Shown here piece by piece: positions 21,315 to 31,377 of a stretch of 64,000 nt of DNA. The DNA is taken from contig CAWDPO010000040.1 of the NCBI GenBank assembly GCA_963804165.1, positions 166,143 through 230,142 of the forward strand. The letters are read 5' to 3'. The notes under the pieces are model-generated. The model was given only the letters and a program-made list of their open reading frames with translations. It ran no database searches and was not told the origin of the DNA. Made by a program: the position numbers and the translations under genes. Source of the DNA: an uncultured delta proteobacterium. GTDB lineage: Bacteria > Desulfobacterota > Binatia > UBA9968. Numbering within the stretch: the first letter of the stretch is position 1; each line of letters begins with the position of its first letter.

Positions 21315-21760
21315 CTGTCCTTGCCGGCGAAGTTTCCAACGAACTAGCGAGCGCGATATCGACGCCCGCGCGCCGGGGAAATTAATCTGACTCTACCAAG
21401 GAGCGGCACGTAGAGATTGCTGTTCTGGATTGATTCAGTTCAGCCATTTCGCTTTCGACCTCGCCCGCTCGTAGTCTCGTGTCTTCCGCGGTCGGAGCTT
21501 GCCGGGCTCATGGGGTCGCAGCCAACGGTCAGAGTTGCGGTGAAAAGTGCCGACGGCAGTGACCACAGACGACGGAAAGTGTTGTCGAAAGATAAACGCT
21601 TCGAAGCCTGTGCGAAAAATCAATACATCGTCCAGGTAAAAGCCGACACTCGTTAGCTCAAGTCGCGACAGGCTCGCACTGTATTTCGTCTGAATACAAA
21701 TACTTATTGGCGCGCCAATCGGTGGCGTGATGTTTGCTCCATGGCCACTTGCAAATCAAT

Positions 21761-21832
21761 AATTTAACGACAGTCAAAGTAAAGCCCGGCGACACTGTAG
21801 AGGGTGGCTCGGTGCTCGTTATCGTCGAGTAA
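21761..21832 (+). pseudogene. Biotin/lipoyl-attachment domain C-terminal remnant
   Basis: NLTTVKVKPGDTVEGGSVLVIVE*; no convincing start. Confidence 0.55.
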
Positions 21833-22124
21833 TGAGTTTTTAACCAATTTTTGTTGGTCACTTAGATTCATTCGTGTTATAGCAGCCAAAAATGATTCCC
21901 GCTGTCGGTGACAGAGGATGTTCTTTGTATCACATCTGGAATGGGACATCGCATTTTTGCAAACGCTTAGCTCTGCGCGATGGCGAAAAAATAATTTCCA
22001 GAGGAGGGGGATGCACATGAGTTCGGACGAATCCTCATGATCGGGGGAAGCAATCGGTTAAGGCCGCAGATTCAACCAAAACGCGCAAGATTTATAACTC
22101 TAACTGAAATCGAGAGGTTCCTAC

Positions 22125-22688
22125 ATGAAAAGTAAATTCGGGTTTTACTTCATTATTGCTGCCTGCGCCATTTCTCTTGTGGTATTCGGCGTCAATCCGG
22201 TTTCTGCCCTGCCGCTTGACGGTGACAGCGAGATCCAAATATCTGGCGGCTTTTCTCACGCCCAAGGCAGTGATACCGGCAATTTCAATGGGGAATTTAA
22301 TTACGGATACTATTTAAGCCCCGGGTGGGAGCTCGGCTTCCGTCAAGGTGTTGATTATAATTTCGTTGATGACGGGTCCGATGCTTGGCATGCGACAACT
22401 ACTCCTTTCATTCACTACAATTTCAGAGTTACGGACGTTCTCGTACCCTATCTCGGGATATTCGGTGGAGTGGTTTGGAACGACCGAGACGTTACTGGAA
22501 CCACCGGACCCGCTGCAGGGTTAAAGCTTTTTGTCGCGGAGCAAACGTTTCTCAATATCGGATACCGCTATGAGTGGTTTTTCAAATCCTTCGAAGCCGC
22601 GAGGGACAATCGGACTCATGGCAATCATGTGGCGAATATTGGTTTAGGATATGTCTGGGGAGGCTCTGGAGACAGGAAGACCAGGTGA
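22125..22688 (+). CDS. Outer-membrane beta-barrel protein
   Basis: Signal peptide; alternating strands; LVPYLG; ANIGLGYVW. Confidence 0.75.
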   Translation: MKSKFGFYFIIAACAISLVVFGVNPVSALPLDGDSEIQISGGFSHAQGSDTGNFNGEFNYGYYLSPGWELGFRQGVDYNFVDDGSDAWHATTTPFIHYNFRVTDVLVPYLGIFGGVVWNDRDVTGTTGPAAGLKLFVAEQTFLNIGYRYEWFFKSFEAARDNRTHGNHVANIGLGYVWGGSGDRKTR

Positions 22689-22931
22689 AGCGACGAGTGT
22701 GCGTTCTTGCTTGAGTTCCGTCATGGCGGGTCATGCTACCTTGCGACTCTGAATTGACGACTTCGGCGCGACTGACGCAAACCGAGCTGCGACAGGGTAA
22801 CCTGCGACTAAGAGGGCAACCGAGTCGGTTGCCCTCTATATTTGTTTCTCGATCCGAGGGTGCTGACTTATGGCCTAGCTGCGGGACACATCGAAAGTCG
22901 AAATTGACTAAATTGTGGATAGGGAAAGCCG

Positions 22932-23063
22932 ATGTATTTACCCATACGGTGTGTCACTTGCAGCGGTAAGGGATACAAAAGAAAGTGGGTGTTTAGAAAA
23001 ATACGATGCACAAAGTGCAAAGGACGAGGTCAATGCATGATCTTGGCTGTCAGACATCACTAG
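22932..23063 (+). CDS. 43-aa DnaJ-type zinc-finger microprotein, absent from ORF track
   Basis: MYLPIRCVTCSGKGYKRKWVFRKIRCTKCKGRGQCMILAVRHH: two CxxCxGxG motifs; AGGGA RBS. Confidence 0.65.
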   Translation: MYLPIRCVTCSGKGYKRKWVFRKIRCTKCKGRGQCMILAVRHH

Positions 23064-23189
23064 CCTGCGAGATCGCCAAACAGTCACTCACGCCGCGGCC
23101 AATTATTTTGATCTCATTGATCTAAGGCGAAAACGATAACGACCAAGCGATATGAAGTTGCTGCTTCCATCTCTTCAGGAGACGGGTAG

Positions 23190-23619
23190 ATGATGAACAC
23201 AGATTATCAGAGCAGCGAGGGGAAATGACCGGGGCGAATCGATTAGGGAATTAATGCGCGGCATTTTACATGACGCCCGCACGCTTTCGAGCAAGGAATT
23301 CACCGCCGCCAAGCTCGAGATTCGCGAGGAAGTCCGCAATGCGGTGCGTTCAAGTATTTTCCTGGGTGTCGGCCTATTTAGCTTGGCCACCGGCATTGTC
23401 TTTCTTTCCGTTGTACTCGCGTTAGTTCTCGCCCTCTATTTGGCCCTGCCGATATGGGCAAGTCTTGGCATCGTCGGTGCCGTGTACACGATTTTGGGAT
23501 CGATCATAACTCTTGTCGGCCAGCGGAAGATGCGAAGAGCCACAGCGATTCCACACGACACTTTACACAGCACCAAAGAAGACGCGCAGTACATCCGTGA
23601 AAAGGCAATGGGCCACTGA
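23190..23619 (+). CDS. Holin-X (DUF1469)-family membrane protein; probable frameshift in G-run ~23219-23222
   Basis: AGGAG RBS before ATG 23190; removing one G gives ...GESIRELMRGILHD...; two TMs; PHDTLHSTKED. Confidence 0.8.
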
Positions 23620-23634
23620 AGCGGAGGATCTTCG

Positions 23635-23967
23635 ATGAACGAGACCCTGGAGGACGTTCGGCGCGATATCAAAAATACGCGCGTGGCGCTCGGCGAGAAA
23701 CTCAGCCGGCTTGAAAACAAAATCGAAACCACGGCAACGACCACGTTGAATCCCGCCTACTATGTGAGAACTCGCCCATGGCCGACACTTGGAATCGTTA
23801 CCGTGATGGGCTGGATCGTCGGTCGTTCATTACAGCCGAGGCAAAAAGGGTCTACGACTAAGTCGAACATCCTGGTTGGGAGCTTCGCTTCCGCCGCCGC
23901 CAGCATGACGGGCGCAATCGCGGCGGAACTGTTCCGCGACTTTCTCAGAAGGCGCAAAACAGAATGA
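23635..23967 (+). CDS. DUF3618-like protein
   Basis: VRRDIKNTRVALGEKLSRLE...YVRTRPW; usual partner of holin-X. Confidence 0.75.
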   Translation: MNETLEDVRRDIKNTRVALGEKLSRLENKIETTATTTLNPAYYVRTRPWPTLGIVTVMGWIVGRSLQPRQKGSTTKSNILVGSFASAAASMTGAIAAELFRDFLRRRKTE

Positions 23968-23983
23968 TCCTGAATCCCGTCTC

Positions 23984-24037
23984 CTAAACAATTTGAGCGT
24001 CTTGAACGATTCGAACCTTTTGAACGGTTTTAATTCC
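23984..24037. repeat. 9-nt-period TTGAAC-type repeat
   Basis: TTGAGCGTC TTGAACGAT TCGAACCTT TTGAACGGT. Confidence 0.65.
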
Positions 24038-24046
24038 AGGTGGAAC

Positions 24047-26566
24047 TCAAAGCCGTTTCATCATCTTCTCCGTGATTGCCCTTCGGGCTGCTTCAAAGTC
24101 GTCCCACGGATCTTTCTTCAATCGCTCCAGCCGCTTTGGCACTGTGTGCAGGGTAAATTGTGTACGCACGTCGTCTTTCAGTTCCTGCCATCTTAGCGGC
24201 AGCGAAACCGGCGCGCCCGCTCGCGCCCGCGTGGAATAAGCGCATACCGCAGTGGCCGTTTTGGCGTTGCGCAGGTAATCGATAAAAACCTTATCCTTTC
24301 GCTTTGCTTTGGACATGGTCGCTGTGTACCGGTCGGGTCTCTCATGAACGATGCTTTGAGCGACGGCTTTGGCAAATTCCTTGACAAACGTCCAATCTTT
24401 TGTCGGCTTGACAGGAACGACGACGTGCAGCCCTTTGCCTCCGGTGCTCTTGAGAAAGGCGCTTAGACCGAGATCGGATATGCGCTTTTTGAGCGTCATC
24501 GCGGCGTCTTTTAGCGCGGTCCATGATAGAGTCACGTCCGGATCGAGATCGAAAACCAACTGATCGGGCTGCTCGATATGTTCCGCGCGCGCTCCCCAGG
24601 TGTGGATTTCCAAGACGCCCATTTGTACGAGTGCGATCAGGCCGGAGAGGGAATCGATCGAAACGTAGGAAGCGATAGATTTGTTGTCTTTAACGCGGAT
24701 GGCGCCAATCGCCGGGTCGAGCGATTCGTTGGTGTGGCGCTGGTAGAAGCACTGCTTGGCGTATCCTCCGGGGCAACGCACTAACGTGAGCGGACGGCCC
24801 GCGACGTGTGGCAGCATCCAGTCGGCGACGCTAGCGTAGTAGTGCGCGAGATCGAGCTTGGTAATTCCCTGTTCGGGATAGAGCACGCGGTCGGGATGGG
24901 TCAGTTGGATTCCAGCGATCTCGCGAGCTGCGCCGTTACCCTTGTTTGACGTAACGACTTTGGCGGTGGAAGCCGCTTCTTCACGCTGAATTTCATCCAC
25001 CGGTTTGTCTTCTCTCAGATCTTTAAAGGAAGGGTGGCGGAGCAGTTTGTCATTGGTCCATGCGGTAAATGCCACTTCAGCGACGAGCTTGGGTTTTATC
25101 CAGTGGACGCCTTTCGCTTGTCGGCGCGGTGGAGGATTGGCAAAGGGAGATGACTTGATCGCGAGCTTGTTCATACGAGCGCGGAGATCGCGCAAAGTCG
25201 TTTCGGTAAACCCGGTGCCGACCCGTCCCGCATAGCGCAGGGAGTGGTTATCATCATAAAATCCGAGCAATAGCGCGCCGAATGCGGTGCGCGAACCGGC
25301 AGGATCGGTGAATCCGCCGATGACAAACTCTTGGCTATGCACACATTTGATCTTCAGCCAATCACGGCTGCGGGTGGGACGATAAGGCTGATCCGCTCTT
25401 TTCGAGACAATCCCTTCGAGCCCTGCTTTGCACGCCTTTTCGAAAAGTTCATCGCCCTGCGCGATCCAATGGTCGCTGTAACGTATCAACTCAGGGGTGG
25501 CGGCTTTCGTCTTTGGTTTGAGGAAGCTTTCCAGGGTTTCTTTGCGCGCCGAGAGAGGCGCGGCAGTAAAATCCCGCCCGTTCAAATAAAGCAGGTCGAA
25601 GACAAAATAACTTAGATTGACCGGCGCGTGTTCCCTCAGGGAGTTTTGTAAAAGCTGAAAATCGCTAGTGCCGTCTTCCTTGAGGGCGACGATCTCACCA
25701 TCGAGAAACGCCTGGCGCGCGGGGAAATTCTTCAGCGCATCCGCGATCACGCTAAAGCGCTTGGTCCAATCATGCGCTTCGCGGGTCAGTAATGTGACTC
25801 GCCCTTTATCGATCCGAGAGAGAATGCGATAACCGTCGAACTTTAGTTCGTGCAGCCATTGATCTCCCTGCGGCACTCGATCGACCAAAGTTGCGAGCTG
25901 AGGTTGATAGAACGCAGGCAGCTTTGCCTTTTTGCTATCTTTGACGTGCGCGGGGGTTTTTGTTTTCGTGCGCCTCCGCTTTCCATGACCTTCGTGGCCG
26001 CCGTCGTTCTTCTTAATCTCTTCGATTAATCGTCCCGATTTTACGCTTGCCGGTTGCTTCGCTTCGATGTCATCCCGCCCCGCGTTCTCGTCTCGTTCTT
26101 TGATCAATAGCCAACTTCTGTCTTTCGCGTGGTTTTTTCCTTTCATGCGTACCAAGGTCCAAGCGCCTTTAAGTTTTTTGCCGTGGAGACGGAACTTGAG
26201 AATGCCGCGGCGCCGGCCCTCGAGCGGATTTCCTGAGGGCTCCCATGTGCCGCGGTCCCAGACGATGACCGAACCCGCTCCATATTGGCCGGTTGGGATG
26301 GTTCCTTCGAAATTTCCATAATCGATGGGATGGTCCTCGACCTGGACAGCCAAACGGCGGTCTTTCGGATTTTTACTGGGGCCCTTGGGCACGGCCCAAC
26401 TCGCCAAGGCGCCGCCCATTTCGAGGCGAAAATCGTAATGAAGTCGGCGTGCCGCGTGCTTTTGCACGACGAAAGATGATGTCTTGTCGGCGCGTGAGAT
26501 TTTTTTTCCGGCCGGCTCGGGAGTTTTACGGAAGTTGCGCTTGCGGCGATAGGTTTCCAGATCCAT
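24047..26566 (-). CDS. ligD: NHEJ DNA ligase D (PE-ligase-polymerase)
   Basis: QKHAARRLHYDFRLE; ELKFDGYR; LEGIVSK; FDLDPD, STGGKGLHV, FIDYLRN. Confidence 0.97.
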   Translation of the reverse strand: MDLETYRRKRNFRKTPEPAGKKISRADKTSSFVVQKHAARRLHYDFRLEMGGALASWAVPKGPSKNPKDRRLAVQVEDHPIDYGNFEGTIPTGQYGAGSVIVWDRGTWEPSGNPLEGRRRGILKFRLHGKKLKGAWTLVRMKGKNHAKDRSWLLIKERDENAGRDDIEAKQPASVKSGRLIEEIKKNDGGHEGHGKRRRTKTKTPAHVKDSKKAKLPAFYQPQLATLVDRVPQGDQWLHELKFDGYRILSRIDKGRVTLLTREAHDWTKRFSVIADALKNFPARQAFLDGEIVALKEDGTSDFQLLQNSLREHAPVNLSYFVFDLLYLNGRDFTAAPLSARKETLESFLKPKTKAATPELIRYSDHWIAQGDELFEKACKAGLEGIVSKRADQPYRPTRSRDWLKIKCVHSQEFVIGGFTDPAGSRTAFGALLLGFYDDNHSLRYAGRVGTGFTETTLRDLRARMNKLAIKSSPFANPPPRRQAKGVHWIKPKLVAEVAFTAWTNDKLLRHPSFKDLREDKPVDEIQREEAASTAKVVTSNKGNGAAREIAGIQLTHPDRVLYPEQGITKLDLAHYYASVADWMLPHVAGRPLTLVRCPGGYAKQCFYQRHTNESLDPAIGAIRVKDNKSIASYVSIDSLSGLIALVQMGVLEIHTWGARAEHIEQPDQLVFDLDPDVTLSWTALKDAAMTLKKRISDLGLSAFLKSTGGKGLHVVVPVKPTKDWTFVKEFAKAVAQSIVHERPDRYTATMSKAKRKDKVFIDYLRNAKTATAVCAYSTRARAGAPVSLPLRWQELKDDVRTQFTLHTVPKRLERLKKDPWDDFEAARRAITEKMMKRL

Positions 26567-26593
26567 GGCGCGGTGCGCGTTTTCCGGCGATGA

Positions 26594-27484
26594 CTAACCC
26601 GCCTTGCGCTGTCGCGTTGGTTCGACTTTCTTGTCTGATCGCTTCATGCTCTGGCGTAGTAGATGCATGATGTCGATGACTTTACCGCGCTCTGGCGCTT
26701 TTGCCGCTGGCTTCGCGGATTCGATAACTTTGGTTTTGCCCGCTTTGATTTTCTTTCGAATGATTTTCATCAGGTCGTCGCGATATTCATCTTGATATTT
26801 CTCCGGAATCCATTTGCTTTCCATGGTTTCCACCAGCCGTTCCGCCATTTCCATTTCCTGAGTCGAAACCGCTGCACGCTTAACGCCGACTTTGGGTAAA
26901 TCGAGTCCCGCGGTATCGCGTAGCTCGTGGGCAAAGCGCAACAGATTCAAAACCAATCTTGGTCCGTCGGCGAACAACATCGCTAAGTGTTGGCGAGTTC
27001 GGATGACCACCTTGGCGATGCCCGCCTTTTTGGTCTTATTGAGAACTTCGCGAAGCAGCGCGTACGCCCGGTGGCCATTTTTCAGCGGTTCTAAATAGTA
27101 GGGCTTGTCGTAATAAACCGGGCTAACTTCCGCGGCGTCGACGAAGTCGGTGATCGCGATGGTCTGCGTGGTTTCGACGTTAGCCTGGACAAAATCGTCG
27201 TCGGAGAGCGCCACGTATTCGTCCTTTTCGTATTCGTAGCCTTTGATGATCTCGTCCCACGGCACTTCGCGGCCGGTTTGCTCATTCACCCGTCGATAGC
27301 GGACCCGAGAGAAGTCTCGCTTGTCGAGCAAATCGAAATTCGTCCCTCCGGAAGACTCTGCAGAATACAGCCTCACGGGAATATTGACCAAGCCAAAGTC
27401 AATGCTGCCTTTCCAGATCGCTCGCGAGCGCGCAGGCCGTTTTCGCCTTGCTTTGGCTTTTTTTGCTTTCGATCTACGCGCCAT
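26594..27484 (-). CDS. ku: NHEJ protein Ku with basic N-terminal extension
   Basis: RAIWKGSIDFGLVNIPVRLY, YYDKPYYL, YQDEYRDDL. Confidence 0.96.
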   Translation of the reverse strand: MARRSKAKKAKARRKRPARSRAIWKGSIDFGLVNIPVRLYSAESSGGTNFDLLDKRDFSRVRYRRVNEQTGREVPWDEIIKGYEYEKDEYVALSDDDFVQANVETTQTIAITDFVDAAEVSPVYYDKPYYLEPLKNGHRAYALLREVLNKTKKAGIAKVVIRTRQHLAMLFADGPRLVLNLLRFAHELRDTAGLDLPKVGVKRAAVSTQEMEMAERLVETMESKWIPEKYQDEYRDDLMKIIRKKIKAGKTKVIESAKPAAKAPERGKVIDIMHLLRQSMKRSDKKVEPTRQRKAG

Positions 27485-27745
27485 ACATGCCCTTGCGGAT
27501 TTCTCAGATTATGAAAGGGGTTTCTTGTTTCTCGTCGTACATGGCTCGCCGCTACGATGTCGCACTTTGGTCGTGCGGCCAAGCGATTCGGGATCCGGCG
27601 AGGCGCCACGAGATTTTCGCTTTCGCCTATTTCGCGGTCTTCGAGCCATTTACTGAGCCACCATTCCCGTTCCAGCTCCCGTTACTGGGAAGAAAAATCA
27701 CAAGTAAGCCGGTGATCGGCAAATCTTTCGTGCTGGGCTTCTTGC

Positions 27746-28177
27746 CTAACGTTTGGGTTCCGCGGGCGCCGAAATTTCTTCCAAGGTCTCACCCGACAGA
27801 TCTCGGTCGCCGACATGGACGGCGATGTCGCCTAGACTAACTATGCCGACCAGACGCTTATCCTGATTGACCACCGGTAAGCGGCGGATTTGCCGCGCTT
27901 CCATGACACTCACGGCTTCTTCGATTTCTTGATCTTCGAGACCATAGGCGAGGTCGGTCGACATGACCTCGCTGACCTTGGTTTTGGCGGGGTCGCGGCC
28001 GTCGGCCGTAGCTCGAATCGTGATGTCACGATCGGTCAAGACGCCCTTTAGCCGATCGCCATCACAAACCGGAATAAGACCGACGTCAAGCTCTTTCATC
28101 TTTCTTGCCGCATCCTTCAACGACGCACCGGATTTAACGACTTCCACGTTACGGGTCATAATTTCTCTTAGATCCAT
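27746..28177 (-). CDS. Tandem CBS-domain protein
   Basis: GVLTDRDITIR, QIRRLPVV, GIVSLGDI. Confidence 0.93.
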   Translation of the reverse strand: MDLREIMTRNVEVVKSGASLKDAARKMKELDVGLIPVCDGDRLKGVLTDRDITIRATADGRDPAKTKVSEVMSTDLAYGLEDQEIEEAVSVMEARQIRRLPVVNQDKRLVGIVSLGDIAVHVGDRDLSGETLEEISAPAEPKR

Positions 28178-28199
28178 GGATGGGGTTCTCCTTTTTTTA

Positions 28200-29006
28200 T
28201 CAAATAAAAATTTTCTGTTTGAGACAGCGATTCAGCCCGGCGACGGCTAGCGACGCGCATGGGTTTGCTTCAGCGCGTTTTTCGTCTCCTCGGACGCATA
28301 CGTTGGCGGTCGCATCGATCTTAGTCGCCTTCTGAGTGTTTTTGTCGAAATCAATCTGAACTTCGAAAGTACTGTCCCCTTTGACGATTTCATACTCGGC
28401 GTAATCGGGTTTATCATAGTTCACGGACGTGATTTTCCAGCCCATTTTGTCGAGCTGTCGGCGATAAAAGGACTTGTCTTCGCCTGTTTTTAAGCTCTGC
28501 TCCAGTTTGTTCTCGTTGTTTTTCGCTGCCTTTATCCGGTCACGATCGCTATAACGGCTCGGGTTGCTGGTCGTGCGATTCGAAGCCTGATTCGGTTTGC
28601 CTTCCAACGCCGCTTCGGTCGCATCTGTTTTCCAGGCGTTGTAGGCCACATCCACTTTAGTGGCCTTGTGAGTATTCTTATCGAGGTCGATTTGCACTTC
28701 GTAAGTCGACTTGCCTTTGACGATTTCGTACTCCACGTAATCCGGTTTGTCGTGGTTCACCGAAGCGACGGTCCAGCCGGCTTTCTCCAGCTGTTGACGA
28801 TAGAATGATTTCTCTTCGCCGGTCTTTAATGATTGTTGCAGTTTTTCTTTCTCATCTTTCGACGCAGTCATTCGATCACGATCGCTATAGGCACTCGGGT
28901 TTGAGGTGCTCGGTGTATCATTCGATGCCGCCGCCAACGAAATTTTGGGAACCGCGATTAGCGCGCCTCCCACCGCTAGGGTTAAACACAAATTGTGCAC
29001 CTGCAT
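28200..29006 (-). CDS. Secreted protein with two PepSY-like repeats (true stop probably ~28248 after a frameshift)
   Basis: Signal peptide; duplicated SNPS.YSDRDR...SLKTGE.KSFYR.QL...VN.DKPDY.EYEIVKG.ST.EVQID. Confidence 0.75.
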   Translation of the reverse strand: MQVHNLCLTLAVGGALIAVPKISLAAASNDTPSTSNPSAYSDRDRMTASKDEKEKLQQSLKTGEEKSFYRQQLEKAGWTVASVNHDKPDYVEYEIVKGKSTYEVQIDLDKNTHKATKVDVAYNAWKTDATEAALEGKPNQASNRTTSNPSRYSDRDRIKAAKNNENKLEQSLKTGEDKSFYRRQLDKMGWKITSVNYDKPDYAEYEIVKGDSTFEVQIDFDKNTQKATKIDATANVCVRGDEKRAEANPCASLAVAGLNRCLKQKIFI

Positions 29007-29160
29007 ACGCTTTACCTCAATTTTTATACCTGTTTGTATTGTAAAGTTTAAAAATGGAACAACCTACGGAATCTCCGTTTCCGCGTATTTCTGTGCATCA
29101 ATAGAGCAGTCAGAGAGCAGTCACGCCGGATTTGCATCGTGGCTCTACTTGCCATTGCGT

Positions 29161-29176
29161 CGCAACGGGTATGCCA
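29161..29176 (-). promoter_or_regulatory. sigma54 -24/-12 promoter
   Basis: TGGCAT-ACCCG-TTGCG heading the PepSY-like/CBS/Ku/LigD run. Confidence 0.8.
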
Positions 29177-29425
29177 GCAATCGGATTTGCCAAGAGAGCC
29201 GCGTAACATGGAGAGATTAGAGAGAAACAAACAGTATCGCGATTGATTGCATCGCCACGGTGTCTTCGCTTTACGCGCCTATGTTGGATTTTCACCGACA
29301 GATCGGCAGTGCATTTCGTCCAGCTCTTTAAGACAATACTCGCCAATGAAACAAAAAATGTCCTAAAACCATGGATTTCGTCCCGTTTGTGCGAATTCTC
29401 ACGACGATTATCAGTCGGTGCGTAA

Positions 29426-29441
29426 TGGCACCCCGCTTGCG
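29426..29441 (+). promoter_or_regulatory. sigma54 -24/-12 promoter
   Basis: TGGCAC-CCCGC-TTGCG upstream of the GGGAGG RBS and ATG 29476. Confidence 0.8.
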
Positions 29442-29475
29442 AAAACTAGTTGGCATCACGGCGGGAGGTACTTTT

Positions 29476-29910
29476 ATGAAGTCAAAGATTAGCGTGATCG
29501 GTGTCATAGTTTTCGGTCTCGTCGGTGTAGCCGGCTGCGAAAGTGTTGCCCTGATGCCTAGGCCCGACATCGACGAAACAGGCGTGAGTCGAAGTCGCGC
29601 CGATCGCCAGTCCGACGTTGGCAGATTTGAACGCGAGAGTGATCGTGCGCGTGGTGAAGTGACCGGCACCGTGCAACGTATCGACGAAGCGCGTAGAGAA
29701 ATTCACCTACGAACCGGAGAAAGAAATGTCGTCGTGTTCAGATACGATCCGAAAACTTTGGTCTACGATCGGGACCGTGACTTTCCCGTGCAGGATCTGC
29801 GCAGCGGTGATGAAGTTGTGGTGCGGCCTAGCGGTGGCTCCGGTTATGAGCAGTACGCCGATGTTATTCGCATCATAGATCGAAGATCCGGTGCGAGCTC
29901 CCGCCGATAG
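29476..29910 (+). CDS. Lipoprotein with OB-fold-like C-terminal domain
   Basis: Lipobox VAGC; EVTGTVQRID...DLRSGDEVVV. Confidence 0.75.
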   Translation: MKSKISVIGVIVFGLVGVAGCESVALMPRPDIDETGVSRSRADRQSDVGRFERESDRARGEVTGTVQRIDEARREIHLRTGERNVVVFRYDPKTLVYDRDRDFPVQDLRSGDEVVVRPSGGSGYEQYADVIRIIDRRSGASSRR

Positions 29911-29998
29911 CTAATGGATAGCTTAGGACCCGCCGGCCGACCGCGACATTCACCGGATCATTATCGCTTGTTGCGTGCGCCGGCGGGGTAACCGGATT

Positions 29999-31366
29999 TT
30001 ATATCCCCAGCAGAATCCGCCCGGGCTCTTCGATCATGTTTTTAATGTGTTTCAGAAACGTCACGGCTTCGCGGCCGTCGATGATGCGATGGTCGTACGT
30101 CAGAGCGACGTACATCATTGGCCGAGCGACGACTGCGCCCTGGCGGACGACCGGACGATCCTGGATCGCGTGCAAACCGAGGATCGCGCTCTGCGGTGGG
30201 TTGACGATCGGAGTGGAAAGTAGCGAACCGTAAATTCCGCCATTACTGATTGTAAAGGTTCCGCCGCGCAGCTCGCCGGGCGTCAGCTTATCCTGTTCCG
30301 CGCGCCGCGCGAAGTCGGCGATGGCGCCTTCGATTTCGCCAAAGCTCAAGCGCTCCGCCTGCCGCAGAACGGGAACCACAAGTCCTTTTCCTCCGCCCAC
30401 CGCGATGCCGATGTCGAAAAAGTTATGATAGACGATATTTTCGCCGCGGATCTCAGCATTGACTTCAGGCACGAGTCTGAGCGCTTCCACCGCTGCCTTG
30501 ACGAAGAAGGACATGAATCCAAGCTTAGCCTCGTACTTCTGTGCAAAGGCGTCACGATGTTTGTTCCGTAGGTCAATGACCGCCGACATGTCGATTTCAT
30601 TGAACGTCGTGAGCAACGCGGCGTTTTGTTGGGCCTGGACCAGTCGCTCGGCAATCTTGCGGCGCAACTGACTCATCGGCACGGTCTCGTCCTGACCCTC
30701 GGTCGTTTGCTGACGGTCCTGTGCCGGTTTCCTCTGTCGGTTCGGTTGTATCCCGTCTTTTCTTTCATGCGCTTTGTCGGCTTCGCTGGCGTGTCCCGCC
30801 GTTAGTCGAGGCGGCAGGTTCTGCGCCGGCTCATCGAACGCTTGCCGATTTTGAGCTTGCAGTGAGTCGAGGGTGCCGGCTTCTTCGACCTTTTCTCGCA
30901 AATCACTTTCCGCTTCTTGGTTCGAAGCTGCCACCGGCTGCACACTTGCGCCCTCGCCGTTTGTTTTCGGCGGTCCCGCCGGCGAATCTGCCATTTCATC
31001 GGCATCCCGTTGAGCACTCCCGGATTTTGCCAAATCGTCGGAAACAGCGGAGGGTTTTTTCGGCGTCTCGTCGCGCTGGTCGATGCCGTTGTTCGATTTT
31101 GCACTCTCCTTTGTCCCGTCATTCACGGCGTCATTATCGATGTAGGCAATGACCTCGTTCACCGACGCGCTATCGCCGGCTTTTTTCAGAATTTTCGTCA
31201 CTCGACCGGATTCCGGCGCGGGTATTTCGACGGTGGCTTTATCGGTTTCGATGACGACGACCTCTTCATCGCGTTCGACAAAGTCGCCTTCGTGTTTGAG
31301 CCATTCGCCGATGGCTACTTCTGAAATCGATTCGCCCACTTCGGGTATTTTAACTGCGACGGACAA
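29999..31366 (-). CDS. sucB: Dihydrolipoamide succinyltransferase (E2)
   Basis: Lipoyl ETDKA; TTFNEIDM; TISNGG; TYDHRIIDG; TTG start after GAGGAGG. Confidence 0.95.
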   Translation of the reverse strand: MSVAVKIPEVGESISEVAIGEWLKHEGDFVERDEEVVVIETDKATVEIPAPESGRVTKILKKAGDSASVNEVIAYIDNDAVNDGTKESAKSNNGIDQRDETPKKPSAVSDDLAKSGSAQRDADEMADSPAGPPKTNGEGASVQPVAASNQEAESDLREKVEEAGTLDSLQAQNRQAFDEPAQNLPPRLTAGHASEADKAHERKDGIQPNRQRKPAQDRQQTTEGQDETVPMSQLRRKIAERLVQAQQNAALLTTFNEIDMSAVIDLRNKHRDAFAQKYEAKLGFMSFFVKAAVEALRLVPEVNAEIRGENIVYHNFFDIGIAVGGGKGLVVPVLRQAERLSFGEIEGAIADFARRAEQDKLTPGELRGGTFTISNGGIYGSLLSTPIVNPPQSAILGLHAIQDRPVVRQGAVVARPMMYVALTYDHRIIDGREAVTFLKHIKNMIEEPGRILLGI

Positions 31367-31377
31367 GGTCAACCTCC

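Noticed and set aside
21723-21738. TGGCGT-GATGT-TTGCT sigma54-like site
   Set aside because: Weaker -24 element, and about 390 nt from the next intact gene
23190-23619. Holin as evidence of a prophage
   Set aside because: Holin-X/DUF3618 pairs are host stress-associated membrane proteins; no phage genes nearby
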